Assembly: GCA_964424265.1 (NCBI GenBank)
Contig: CAYRHX010000001.1
Coordinates: 498 to 64,497, forward strand
Reading direction: 5' to 3'
Length of the DNA: 64,000 nt
Source of the DNA: an uncultured Candidatus Saccharibacteria bacterium
GTDB taxonomy: Bacteria > Patescibacteriota > Minisyncoccia > Phycocordibacterales > UBA2100
Under the pieces are notes generated by a model. That model was not told the origin of the DNA. It saw nothing but the letters and a program-made list of their open reading frames with translations, and searched no databases. Positions within the stretch are counted from its first letter, which is position 1. Each line of letters starts with the position of its first letter. Made by a program: the position numbers and the translations under genes. Positions 56,110 to 64,000 of the stretch are shown here, piece after piece.

Positions 56110-56800
56110 ACACCTTCCACTTCATCCTCTTAGCATACCGGTACAACTTTGAATTGGGATTGAAACAAATCGGTTTTGCAACCACTTCGAGAAACGAGAT
56201 GTCCGACTCTGTGTCACCGACACCGATAGAGTGGACGAGGGATAGATTTTCCTTCTCGATTGCGCGACGCACTATCGCAGCCTTATTGAGGATAAGGTGT
56301 TGCTCGATGATGTTCCCTGTAAAACATTCTTGAGGGCCGATTTCATAGAGCATGCCATAGGTCTTGTCGAATCCGAGCCGAGGACAAAATTTGTCAAGAA
56401 CTGTTTTCGGCGAATGCGACACAGCAAGCAAAAAATACCCGCGCTTCTTCAGATCCTTTATCAGATCGCGCGTATACCGGTACACTCGCTTCCACTGCTC
56501 ATCGACAACCTCTTCTGCTGTGTCGGCAAGTGCGCTGTAGTGCACGCCTTTCAGGTGTTTGACAAAAGCCTTCACTACCGCCGCGATATATTCATCGTAA
56601 TCTCCCTCGCGATTCAGCCATCGCTCATATTCTTCTTCGTACACTCGCCGAGCAGAAGTGGGGAAAATCTTTTTTTCGATAAGCCTGTTTACCACTTGGA
56701 TCAAAAGACTCGAGCGGAAGATCGTTCCATCAACATCAAAAATCGCGACCCTTCGACGACGCTCAAGGAAATCTCGCTTTTGGTCCTTCATTACACCCAT
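56075..56800 (-). CDS. HAD-IB family hydrolase (phosphoserine phosphatase-like)
   Basis: VAIFDVDGTIF (motif I) and the GDTESDISFLE region. I chose the start at MGVMKDQ; the track ORF extends 79 codons upstream. Confidence 0.65.
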   Translation of the reverse strand: MGVMKDQKRDFLERRRRVAIFDVDGTIFRSSLLIQVVNRLIEKKIFPTSARRVYEEEYERWLNREGDYDEYIAAVVKAFVKHLKGVHYSALADTAEEVVDEQWKRVYRYTRDLIKDLKKRGYFLLAVSHSPKTVLDKFCPRLGFDKTYGMLYEIGPQECFTGNIIEQHLILNKAAIVRRAIEKENLSLVHSIGVGDTESDISFLEVVAKPICFNPNSKLYRYAKRMKWKVFVERKDVVYEL

Positions 56801-56857
56801 ACTACAGCGGCACGCAAGAGATGGCGAGTGGGCCCGTAATCTAGTATTCTTGGCTCT

Positions 56858-58114
56858 ATGGTGCGGCAAATTAAAAATACATTGTACTTCCTCGTGGCGG
56901 GATACTTTTGGTTTTTCGCCCGCATTCGCCTTGCCACATGGAATCCGCGCATCGTCGTCATAACAGGATCCAATGGGAAGACGTCGACTCTCAATCTCTT
57001 TGAAGCACAGCTGGGTACCTTCGCACGATACTCTCACAACGCAAATAGCAGCTTCGGTATTCCCTTCGACATTCTGGGCCTCAAACGAAACACATACGCA
57101 CCTTCAGAGTGGCTCTCCCTCATCGTTCGCGCCCCATGGCACGCGTGGTACAAACCTTATAAAGAACATATGTACGTGGTTGAGGCGGATTGTGATAGAC
57201 CAAGCGAAGGGCAATTCTTGAGCTCTCTCCTCAGGCCCGAAGTGGTTGTATGGCTCAGTAGCGCTCGAACACACAGTCAAAACTTTGAGAGGATCGTACA
57301 AACAACTTCAAGCGTGGAGGAGGCTATCGCATACGAATTTGGACACATCGCGGCACAGGCCTCAAAACTCCTCATCATAAACGCAGACAATAAGCTTATT
57401 ACTGGACAAAAGAATAGAACACGTGCAGAAGTGTTTGAAATCAAAGAACGAGAGAGCCTCGAATACTATACCGTGACGCATACTGGGACCACTTTCACGC
57501 TCAACGGAATCACGTATTCCTTCCCATACCTTCTTCCTCGCGAAACACTGTACGCCATCGCGGCAGCGCTCAAGATTGCTGAATACTTCGGCCAGCGCCC
57601 CAACGAATTTCCTGGATTCGCAATGCCACCGAGTCGAAGCTCTGTATTCTCGGGTATCAAAAATACGACGCTTATAGATAGTACATACAATGCCAACGTC
57701 AACTCCGTCGACGCGATACTACGAATGGTCAAACAATTGCCTTCAACAACCACGTGGGCAGTCATTGGTGACCTCACTGAGCAAGGAAAATTCGAGAAAG
57801 AGGAGCACGAAAAGCTTGCTCCCCTACTCCTTGGTGCTGGGTTCCAAAAAATAATTCTAGTAGGACCACGCCTCGCTCGTTACACGCTTCCCACACTTGC
57901 CCCAATGCACAAAGAGGTCGTATCGTTCATCAATCCGAAAGACGCGCTCGATCACATCACCCAAACTCTCTCCGGCGGCGAAATGATCGTTTTCAAAGGT
58001 GCGCGTTTCCTCGAGGGCATAGTCGAACATCTTTTGGCGAACTCCGAAGATGGAAAAAAGCTGTGCCGACGCGAAAATGTTTGGCGAAAACGAAGAGCGC
58101 AATGGGGACTATAA
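56858..58114 (+). CDS. Mur ligase family protein (MurF-like UDP-MurNAc-peptide ligase)
   Basis: VVITGSNGKTSTLNL P-loop, a Mur ligase middle-domain pattern and a C-terminal domain (VIGDLTEQGKFE). Confidence 0.7.
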   Translation: MVRQIKNTLYFLVAGYFWFFARIRLATWNPRIVVITGSNGKTSTLNLFEAQLGTFARYSHNANSSFGIPFDILGLKRNTYAPSEWLSLIVRAPWHAWYKPYKEHMYVVEADCDRPSEGQFLSSLLRPEVVVWLSSARTHSQNFERIVQTTSSVEEAIAYEFGHIAAQASKLLIINADNKLITGQKNRTRAEVFEIKERESLEYYTVTHTGTTFTLNGITYSFPYLLPRETLYAIAAALKIAEYFGQRPNEFPGFAMPPSRSSVFSGIKNTTLIDSTYNANVNSVDAILRMVKQLPSTTTWAVIGDLTEQGKFEKEEHEKLAPLLLGAGFQKIILVGPRLARYTLPTLAPMHKEVVSFINPKDALDHITQTLSGGEMIVFKGARFLEGIVEHLLANSEDGKKLCRRENVWRKRRAQWGL

Positions 58115-58121
58115 AAGACGT

Positions 58122-58811
58122 ATGACGAAAATATGTATACTTCATGGCTGGACCTACCAAACCGATACGTGGAAACCGGCGCTCGAAATGCTGCGCGAGA
58201 AGGGGCTCGATTGTGAACTTCTAAATATCCCTGGGCTTACCGACGGCACAAACCCTGCGTGGACCCTGGACGATTATGTGGAATGGTTGAAAAATAAGAC
58301 TGCTGCATACGAAAAAGTGATCCTCATCGGACATTCAAATGGCGGCCGAATTTCGATGGCATTTGCGGCAAAGTATCCGGAAAAAGTCGCGAAACTGATC
58401 CTTGAGGACAGCGCGGGTATCCCGGCAAGAGGACTGCGCGCCCTCAAGCGCGATGTCTTCCGAATAATCGCAAAATCGGGCAGCATCTTCAGAAAATCAG
58501 AGACGCTCAGAAAGATACTGCATACGATCGCGAGGGAGAATGATTATCAAAACGCAACCCCCGAGATGCGAAAAACAATGGCGAATCTCGGCTCGGTCGA
58601 TTTCGACCCGATCTTCCAGAAGATCAAGATCCCGACGCTCATCATATGGGGAGAGCATGATGTCACGACCCCGCTTGCAAATGGAAACATAATGCACGCA
58701 AAAATATCCAACTCGCGTATGGTTGTGATACCGGGCGCTCGTCATTCTCCCCACATCACGCATACGCGCGAATTCACTGACCTCATAGCAGAAGAATTGA
58801 AGCACTCATGA
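58122..58811 (+). CDS. alpha/beta hydrolase fold protein
   Basis: ICILHGW...ILIGHSNGG (nucleophile elbow GHSxG) and a C-terminal His. I chose the start at MTKICIL. Confidence 0.7.
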   Translation: MTKICILHGWTYQTDTWKPALEMLREKGLDCELLNIPGLTDGTNPAWTLDDYVEWLKNKTAAYEKVILIGHSNGGRISMAFAAKYPEKVAKLILEDSAGIPARGLRALKRDVFRIIAKSGSIFRKSETLRKILHTIARENDYQNATPEMRKTMANLGSVDFDPIFQKIKIPTLIIWGEHDVTTPLANGNIMHAKISNSRMVVIPGARHSPHITHTREFTDLIAEELKHS

Positions 58812-61012
58812 GCATTTTCAACTCTCTTGGTTCCAATTACTCTTTTTTCTCCGCACTGCGCATTCTGTTTTCGTATGGTGGGAAAAGCGCAGAACAAAGA
58901 TTGATCTCATATCTCGAGTCACGCTACGGGGGACGCGCAATTCTCACTTATAAGGGCCGCGAAGCGCTCTTCCTTGCCACGTCCGCACTCGAGAATGGCG
59001 CAGTCGCAATCAACGGTTACACGTGCCTCGCGGTATACGAGGCAATCAGGGGAAGCGGGCATGTCGTGCACTACATTGACGTGCCGGAAAGTGCGCTCAA
59101 TTTCACGCCCGCATCTCTGCAAGCGGCCTTCGAAGCAAATCACACCATCAGAGGGGTCGTGGTCCAAAACACCTTGGGAATTCCTTCCGACATCCAAACG
59201 ATCAAAACTCTCTGCGGCAAGTACGGTGCAATGCTGATCGAGGACCTCGCACATTCAATCGGTACACACTACCCATCGGGCGAAGAAGTGGGTTCCGTCG
59301 GCGATATGGTAATCCTCACTTTCAGCCAAGACAAAGTGGTCGACGCCGTCTCCGGTGGCGCACTCATTATCCGCAATCCAAAATATCGACCCATATCAGC
59401 ACCGATACATGCAATCTCGCTCGCACAACAAATCAAAGATCGTTTCTACCCGATATTTACCTGGAAAATACGTGTCGTGTATGTCGTCGGAATCGGGAAA
59501 ATCGTCCACGTGATATATCGTTTTCTCCATCTTCTTTCAACACCGTTTGGGACTGTCGCCCATGATGTTCGCCGTCTCACTGGATGGTACTGCGCCAACA
59601 TATTGCGGCAGTATGCACAGCTGGAAAAAATAGCCGCACACCGACGAGAAATTGCGAAGATTTACGCCAACATTCTCGACAAACACCTTCTACTCACTTT
59701 TGATACGAAACGCTCGGCAAATCTTCGCTTCCCTATTCTCGTCACAAACAGGGGTAGTTTGATAAAGTACCTTAAAGAACGCTCCGTGTATATTTCGGAC
59801 ATTTGGTACGACGCGCCCATCGCGCCAAAGAAATACATACATCACACGGACTACAAGGGGCAATGCCCACACGCAGAGCACATATCGAGCACGATGCTGA
59901 ATCTTCCGACACACATCAACGTATCACCCGCTCAAGCGGAAATGATCGCGCAGCACGTCAACGAGTGGCTCGCGACCAAAGGACAAAACGAGTACCTCGT
60001 AAGGGAGATTACTGATAAGAACACATGGGGAGACTTTCTCGGCACACTCCGCCCTCACAGTTTCCTCCACTCTTGGAAATGGGGTGAGCATTACGAAGAG
60101 ACGGGATCGAAGATATTTCGCCTCGGCGCATATCAAGGTAAGACCTTGCTTGGAATTGCGTTGTTTATAAAGATAGCAGCGCGTCGCGGCTCGTTTCTCC
60201 TCTGTCCTCACGGCCCCATTATCGCAAAAACGGCCGACGAACATTCGGTATTGACTGCTCTCATTGTACACGCTGAACACATCGCAAAGGAGGAGTGCTG
60301 CGACTTCCTCCGCTGCTGCCCACTTTCTCCTACTTCGGAAAAGAGTGCAGCCTTGTATACATCTCTCGGCTTTCGCCCCGCTCCTATCCATATGCATCCC
60401 GAAATTGCGTGGATGCTCGATGTTACAAAATCGGAAGAGGATCTACTTCGCGAGATGCGCAAGACGACGCGCTACCTCATAAAGAAGATGGAGAAGGAAG
60501 AAGTAGAAATTTCACAGAGCATTGACCCCAATGACATTGAAAAATTCTGGCCTGTTTACGAGGCGACCGTCGAGCGGCAACACTTCACACCCTTCAGCAA
60601 AGAAAGCTTAAAGAAAGAATTCGAACTCTTTGCCAAAGACAATCAGGCTGCATTCTTCTTCGGGGCATATAAAGGCGAGATTGTCGCAGCAGCGATTATC
60701 ATTTTCTACAACTGCCAAGCGTTTTATCACCACTCTGGCTCGATTCACAAATCAAAAGATATCAACGCCTCCTACCTCCTCCAGTGGCGCGTGATTCAAG
60801 AAGCCAAACGCCGCGGCTGCACGCTCTACAACTTCTGGGGCATCTCTCCCGATGACCGCCCCAAGCACCCCTGGGCCGGCCTCTCGCTTTTCAAAAAAGG
60901 CTTCGGCGGTTTTGCGGAGGAATACTTGCATGCGCAGGACAAGCCGCTGACTACAAAGTACTGGCTCAATTTTGTCGTTGAAACGGTGAGGCGAGTCAAA
61001 CGAGGCCTCTGA
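58808..61012 (+). CDS. fusion protein: N-terminal DegT/DnrJ/EryC1-type PLP aminotransferase, C-terminal FemAB-like (GNAT-fold, Acetyltransf_6-type) acyl/aminoacyl transferase
   Basis: Residues 1-380 show a DegT-like pattern (LTFSQDKVVDAVSGGAL with the conserved Lys). Residues 430-734 show a FemAB-family pattern (YLLQWRVIQEAKRRGCTLYNFWGI...FKKGFGG). Confidence 0.65.
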   Translation: MSIFNSLGSNYSFFSALRILFSYGGKSAEQRLISYLESRYGGRAILTYKGREALFLATSALENGAVAINGYTCLAVYEAIRGSGHVVHYIDVPESALNFTPASLQAAFEANHTIRGVVVQNTLGIPSDIQTIKTLCGKYGAMLIEDLAHSIGTHYPSGEEVGSVGDMVILTFSQDKVVDAVSGGALIIRNPKYRPISAPIHAISLAQQIKDRFYPIFTWKIRVVYVVGIGKIVHVIYRFLHLLSTPFGTVAHDVRRLTGWYCANILRQYAQLEKIAAHRREIAKIYANILDKHLLLTFDTKRSANLRFPILVTNRGSLIKYLKERSVYISDIWYDAPIAPKKYIHHTDYKGQCPHAEHISSTMLNLPTHINVSPAQAEMIAQHVNEWLATKGQNEYLVREITDKNTWGDFLGTLRPHSFLHSWKWGEHYEETGSKIFRLGAYQGKTLLGIALFIKIAARRGSFLLCPHGPIIAKTADEHSVLTALIVHAEHIAKEECCDFLRCCPLSPTSEKSAALYTSLGFRPAPIHMHPEIAWMLDVTKSEEDLLREMRKTTRYLIKKMEKEEVEISQSIDPNDIEKFWPVYEATVERQHFTPFSKESLKKEFELFAKDNQAAFFFGAYKGEIVAAAIIIFYNCQAFYHHSGSIHKSKDINASYLLQWRVIQEAKRRGCTLYNFWGISPDDRPKHPWAGLSLFKKGFGGFAEEYLHAQDKPLTTKYWLNFVVETVRRVKRGL

Positions 61013-61016
61013 TACA

Positions 61017-61685
61017 CTACCGAGCTTTCGGCCACCGCTTCGCTGCCTCTGGCCAAATCTTGGTGAGGGGGTGGGAAGAACAATCGTGTGGGCGGGCGGG
61101 GCAGATGTAACGACCGTAGAGGACGAGGCCGTTGTTTACGTACTTCCAATCTTTTTTCGGGACCAGCACCTCGAGGTCTTTCGATATTTTCGTAAGGTCG
61201 GTGTTGTCAGTGAGGTTAAACCTCAATCCGAAACGCTTTACGTGCGTATCGGTCGGTATCCCTTCCCATGCGCCAAACAACTCCCCCGCTACCACATTCG
61301 CTGTCTTGTACGCTACCCCATGAAGTGTGATGAGTTCGGCGACTATGAGCGGGACCTTACCTCCAAATTCTTTCTCTATCATCTGCGCTGTCGCAATGAT
61401 TGCTTTCGCCTTGTTGCGAAAAAAGGTAACGGACGAGATTTCCTTTGTGAAGATTTTCACATCCGCGCGAGCAAAGTCGTTGGGAGTTTTATACTTCTTA
61501 AAAAGCGGATCCGTTACACGATTCACCACCTTATCCGTACACTGTGCAGACATGATAACTGCGACGAGAAATTGAAAGGGTGTCGTATAGGTAAGCTCGC
61601 TCTTGGGCTTCGGATATACCTTCTTGAGATACGCGACGATCTGGCGCGCCCGTTTCTGTCGCTCGACAAATTTCTTCGAGTTCAC
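61017..61685 (-). CDS. nth: endonuclease III (Nth)
   Basis: HhH motif LITLHGVAYKTANVV, catalytic Lys region and conserved Asp. Confidence 0.75.
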   Translation of the reverse strand: MNSKKFVERQKRARQIVAYLKKVYPKPKSELTYTTPFQFLVAVIMSAQCTDKVVNRVTDPLFKKYKTPNDFARADVKIFTKEISSVTFFRNKAKAIIATAQMIEKEFGGKVPLIVAELITLHGVAYKTANVVAGELFGAWEGIPTDTHVKRFGLRFNLTDNTDLTKISKDLEVLVPKKDWKYVNNGLVLYGRYICPARPHDCSSHPLTKIWPEAAKRWPKAR

Positions 61686-62206
61686 TGTATTGTGATCGGG
61701 ATTTCGAGCGCGTCGTCGTTTTCCGGAAGACCCGACGGATTATCGCGTAAAAGAACGAGCGTCGCGGGACCAGAATAACTGCTCACGGTAATGTTTGTAG
61801 TAAACGTCACCAAATCTGTCGTCATCCATTCACCTTGCGCTTGCGCAACTCCCTGGCCGATTTTGCTGTTGTCTTTGTCACGGACCTGCACAGGAAACGA
61901 CCCTTCAAAAAACCAGTTGCCCGGCGCACTGCCTGCAACCACAAAGGTCTTGCCTACAGTGGCTCCTGATTTTGGTGAGGTGATCGATACTTTTGTGTGA
62001 AGCGGCTGCGCAGCAGATTCTTCCGGCTTCCGAATCGACGTATCCTCCGATGCCTCAGATGGCACCGTGGGCGCACTTACGCTCGCGGGTGTGACGAAGA
62101 GCACTACCGCGAGAACTACGATGACGAGCGTAAGACCAACGAGAATACCCCAACCCAATCGCGTGTTCATAAAGGCAGTATAAAACCCTTTTTCTCCCAA
62201 TGCCAC
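61682..62206 (-). CDS. membrane-anchored hypothetical protein (Ig-like / Gmad2-like C-domain)
   Basis: N-terminal TM helix and a beta-rich C-terminal domain. Overlaps the nth start by 4 nt. Confidence 0.45.
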   Translation of the reverse strand: MALGEKGFYTAFMNTRLGWGILVGLTLVIVVLAVVLFVTPASVSAPTVPSEASEDTSIRKPEESAAQPLHTKVSITSPKSGATVGKTFVVAGSAPGNWFFEGSFPVQVRDKDNSKIGQGVAQAQGEWMTTDLVTFTTNITVSSYSGPATLVLLRDNPSGLPENDDALEIPITIQ

Positions 62207-62210
62207 CCTC

Positions 62211-63158
62211 TCAAAGCTCCGAAATTATCCGGGCGATTTTGTCGGAATCGTGGCGGGCGACATCGGCTACAGAGAAAAGGTCGCCGGTGATTACCCTATC
62301 CGCGTACTCATCGAGCCTTGCATCACACACCATGGGATACTGTTTTTCCTTTTCATACGCCGCAAGAATATCGGGAGGCAATGAGCCGGTATTGCAAATA
62401 ACGTAATCAAATTTCGAGAGCCCGCCGTACTGCAAAAGCTCTTTCACCATATCTGAGGCAGCGAAGCCATGCGTTTCTCCCCACTTTGTCATGAGGTTGC
62501 ACACGGCGATTTTCTTGGCCTTACTCGCTGACAACGCTTCCTTCATTCCATCGACAGAAAGCGTAGGGATGAGCGACGAATACAAGTCCCCCGGCCCGAT
62601 GACGACGAGATCTGCCTCGCGTATCGCCTTGTCCGTCTCATCATAGATCCGCGCAGCCGGGTCAAGAAAGATTTTCTTTATACGGAGCTCGCCATCGTGT
62701 TTTGGAATGTCGATGTTGGTCTCGCCCACAATCTCAGTGCCATCTTCCAGGATTGCATGTACGTGCGATTTATCAAGAGACACCGGTAGTACTTTTCCTT
62801 TTATATTCAACAACTCTGAAGCCTTCCGGATCCCCTCCATTTCGCCACCGTAAATATCGGCAAGCGCAGCGAGAAAAAGATTACCGAAGCTGTGTCCATG
62901 CAACGAGCTACCACCGTTCTTAAATCGATAGTTAAAAAGATCGCGCAGAATCTCCGCCTGCCCCTCATCTGCAAGCGCCAAGAGCCCACGTCGCACATCG
63001 CCTGGAGGCAAAATACCAAACTCATCGCGCAACACTCCAGTCGATCCACCCGAATCGAATGAGGTGAATACGGCCGTAATGTCGAGCGGGAATGTCTTGA
63101 GACCGCGCAACAACGTATACCCGCCGCTCCCTCCGCCAATTCGTACAACCTTCTTCAT
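62211..63158 (-). CDS. YvcK/CofD family protein (UPF0052, gluconeogenesis factor-like)
   Basis: VRIGGGSGGYTLLRGL N-terminus and the family pattern throughout. Confidence 0.75.
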   Translation of the reverse strand: MKKVVRIGGGSGGYTLLRGLKTFPLDITAVFTSFDSGGSTGVLRDEFGILPPGDVRRGLLALADEGQAEILRDLFNYRFKNGGSSLHGHSFGNLFLAALADIYGGEMEGIRKASELLNIKGKVLPVSLDKSHVHAILEDGTEIVGETNIDIPKHDGELRIKKIFLDPAARIYDETDKAIREADLVVIGPGDLYSSLIPTLSVDGMKEALSASKAKKIAVCNLMTKWGETHGFAASDMVKELLQYGGLSKFDYVICNTGSLPPDILAAYEKEKQYPMVCDARLDEYADRVITGDLFSVADVARHDSDKIARIISEL

Positions 63159-63170
63159 GTTCTCGAAACT

Positions 63171-63743
63171 CTATACCCTCACACCAAACTTGGCTAGCTC
63201 TTTGAGCACATCCTTCAGGGGAAATCCTGCGACATTGTCGCGATCCCCCACTACCTTTTTTACGAGCTTTGCGCCTTCGCCTTGAATCGCATAGGCGCCA
63301 GCGACCTTCAGCGGCTCTCCCGTCGCCACATATGCGTCAATTTCTTCAGCCGAAAGTTTTCTGAACGTGACACGCGTGCCTACGGTCTTGGTGACACGTT
63401 TCTTTGTTTTCGCGTCAATGATGGCAAAGCCTGTAAGCAACGTATGAGTTTTACCGCTCAACATAGTGAGCATTTCGCGCGCGCGCTCGGCAGTATGCGG
63501 CTTACTCAAAAGCTCCCCTCGAAATACCCCAAACGTGTCTGCGCTAATGACAATCCCCTCATCGTGCCGCTTAGCGACGGCGAGCGCCTTGCCGAGCGCT
63601 AGGCGCCGCGCGAGTACGCGCGGCGCAAGCTTTTGTGACATGTCTTCGTCAAATCCACTCTCCTCCACAGTGAACGGAATACCGGTGGTCGATAGTATCT
63701 TCTTGCGCCAGGGAGAAGCTGATGCGAGGATGAGTTTCTTCAT
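63171..63743 (-). CDS. maf: Maf-like nucleoside triphosphate pyrophosphatase
   Basis: LILASASPWRKKIL...SADTFGVF pattern. Confidence 0.8.
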   Translation of the reverse strand: MKKLILASASPWRKKILSTTGIPFTVEESGFDEDMSQKLAPRVLARRLALGKALAVAKRHDEGIVISADTFGVFRGELLSKPHTAERAREMLTMLSGKTHTLLTGFAIIDAKTKKRVTKTVGTRVTFRKLSAEEIDAYVATGEPLKVAGAYAIQGEGAKLVKKVVGDRDNVAGFPLKDVLKELAKFGVRV

Positions 63744-64000
63744 CGCGCTAGTATTGCATGTTCAAAATGATGCTGCTAGTATATGCGGACACACCCAATA
63801 TGTATCAAGAGATGGGAAGAGTTCCGGCTCTGTGAACCATCAGCAACGTATTCGCAAGAACAACGTGCTCCATCCGGCCCTCACGGGAAGATGCTTCATA
63901 TCGAAAGAATCTCCCTACAGGGGAGATTAATCATTTATAGGTCTAAATAATATTTCCATGTTTCATTCACTCGAGCGATACACGACAGAATCCGTAACCT

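Noticed and set aside
63780-64000. Possible small RNA or terminator at the window end (hairpin AATCTCCC-TACA-GGGGAGATT at about 63925-63950), and ORF 63466..63930
   Set aside because: The ORF is antisense to maf and to its upstream region and is featureless. The hairpin lacks a U-tract, and the window edge truncates the context, so no call is supportable.

Overview
This window is a gene-dense bacterial chromosomal segment, almost all of it coding, mostly on the minus strand. I infer a Patescibacteria/CPR-like organism from the reduced gene set, the type IV pilus machinery, giant repeat-rich surface proteins, a B12-dependent class II RNR with an ATP cone, a long RNase P RNA, and many genes with no Shine-Dalgarno sequence. 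I cannot confirm this without a database search.

Gene content, left to right:
- An alpha-glucan/sugar cluster: ROK kinase fragment, PGI/PMI, GH15, GH57, a GT4/5-type glucosyltransferase and a HAD phosphatase.
- A PaaX-like wHTH regulator gene flanked by four copies of a roughly 38-nt palindromic hairpin repeat.
- A type IV pilus operon: five prepilin-like genes (one 496 aa), pilC and pilB.
- An island of about 11 kb of secreted proteins: a PG-binding/FN3 protein, a 544-aa secreted protein, an 882-aa MBG-repeat protein, a REP-associated tyrosine transposase (RAYT) tightly flanked by inverted REP palindromes, a metzincin protease, a CAP-domain protein and a 1214-aa DUF11-repeat protein with a C-terminal PG-binding domain.
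- A redox/disulfide cluster: FAD-linked oxidase, tandem DoxX, DsbB-like, thioredoxin-like and VIT1 genes.
- A SET-domain gene, hisS, tRNA-Phe, tRNA-Arg, a glutaredoxin-like gene, tRNA-Gly, ftsB-like, lepA, murJ, RNase P RNA (rnpB), nrdJ, DUF192, NUDIX, TolB-like/M23/unknown envelope genes and tRNA-Ser.
- A membrane protein, htpX, an unknown gene, lemA, groESL, secG, a solute-binding protein, RNase J, two HhH glycosylases, a HAD, a MurF-like ligase, an alpha/beta hydrolase, a DegT-aminotransferase::FemAB-like fusion, nth, yvcK/cofD-like and maf.

The most unusual signals are listed below.
- Conserved two-hairpin elements plus anti-T-arm segments sit in the 3' trailers of tRNA-Phe and tRNA-Ser.
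- A hairpin-repeat family flanks the PaaX-like gene.
- The REP-RAYT unit carries an in-frame intragenic REP.
- A tandem palindromic operator overlaps the promoter of the TolB-like operon.
- DegT is fused to FemAB.
- Several genes have a -10 box placed for leaderless translation.
- A tiny ORF with a strong SD sits between rnpB and nrdJ.

I found no CRISPR array, no rRNA and no clear prophage.
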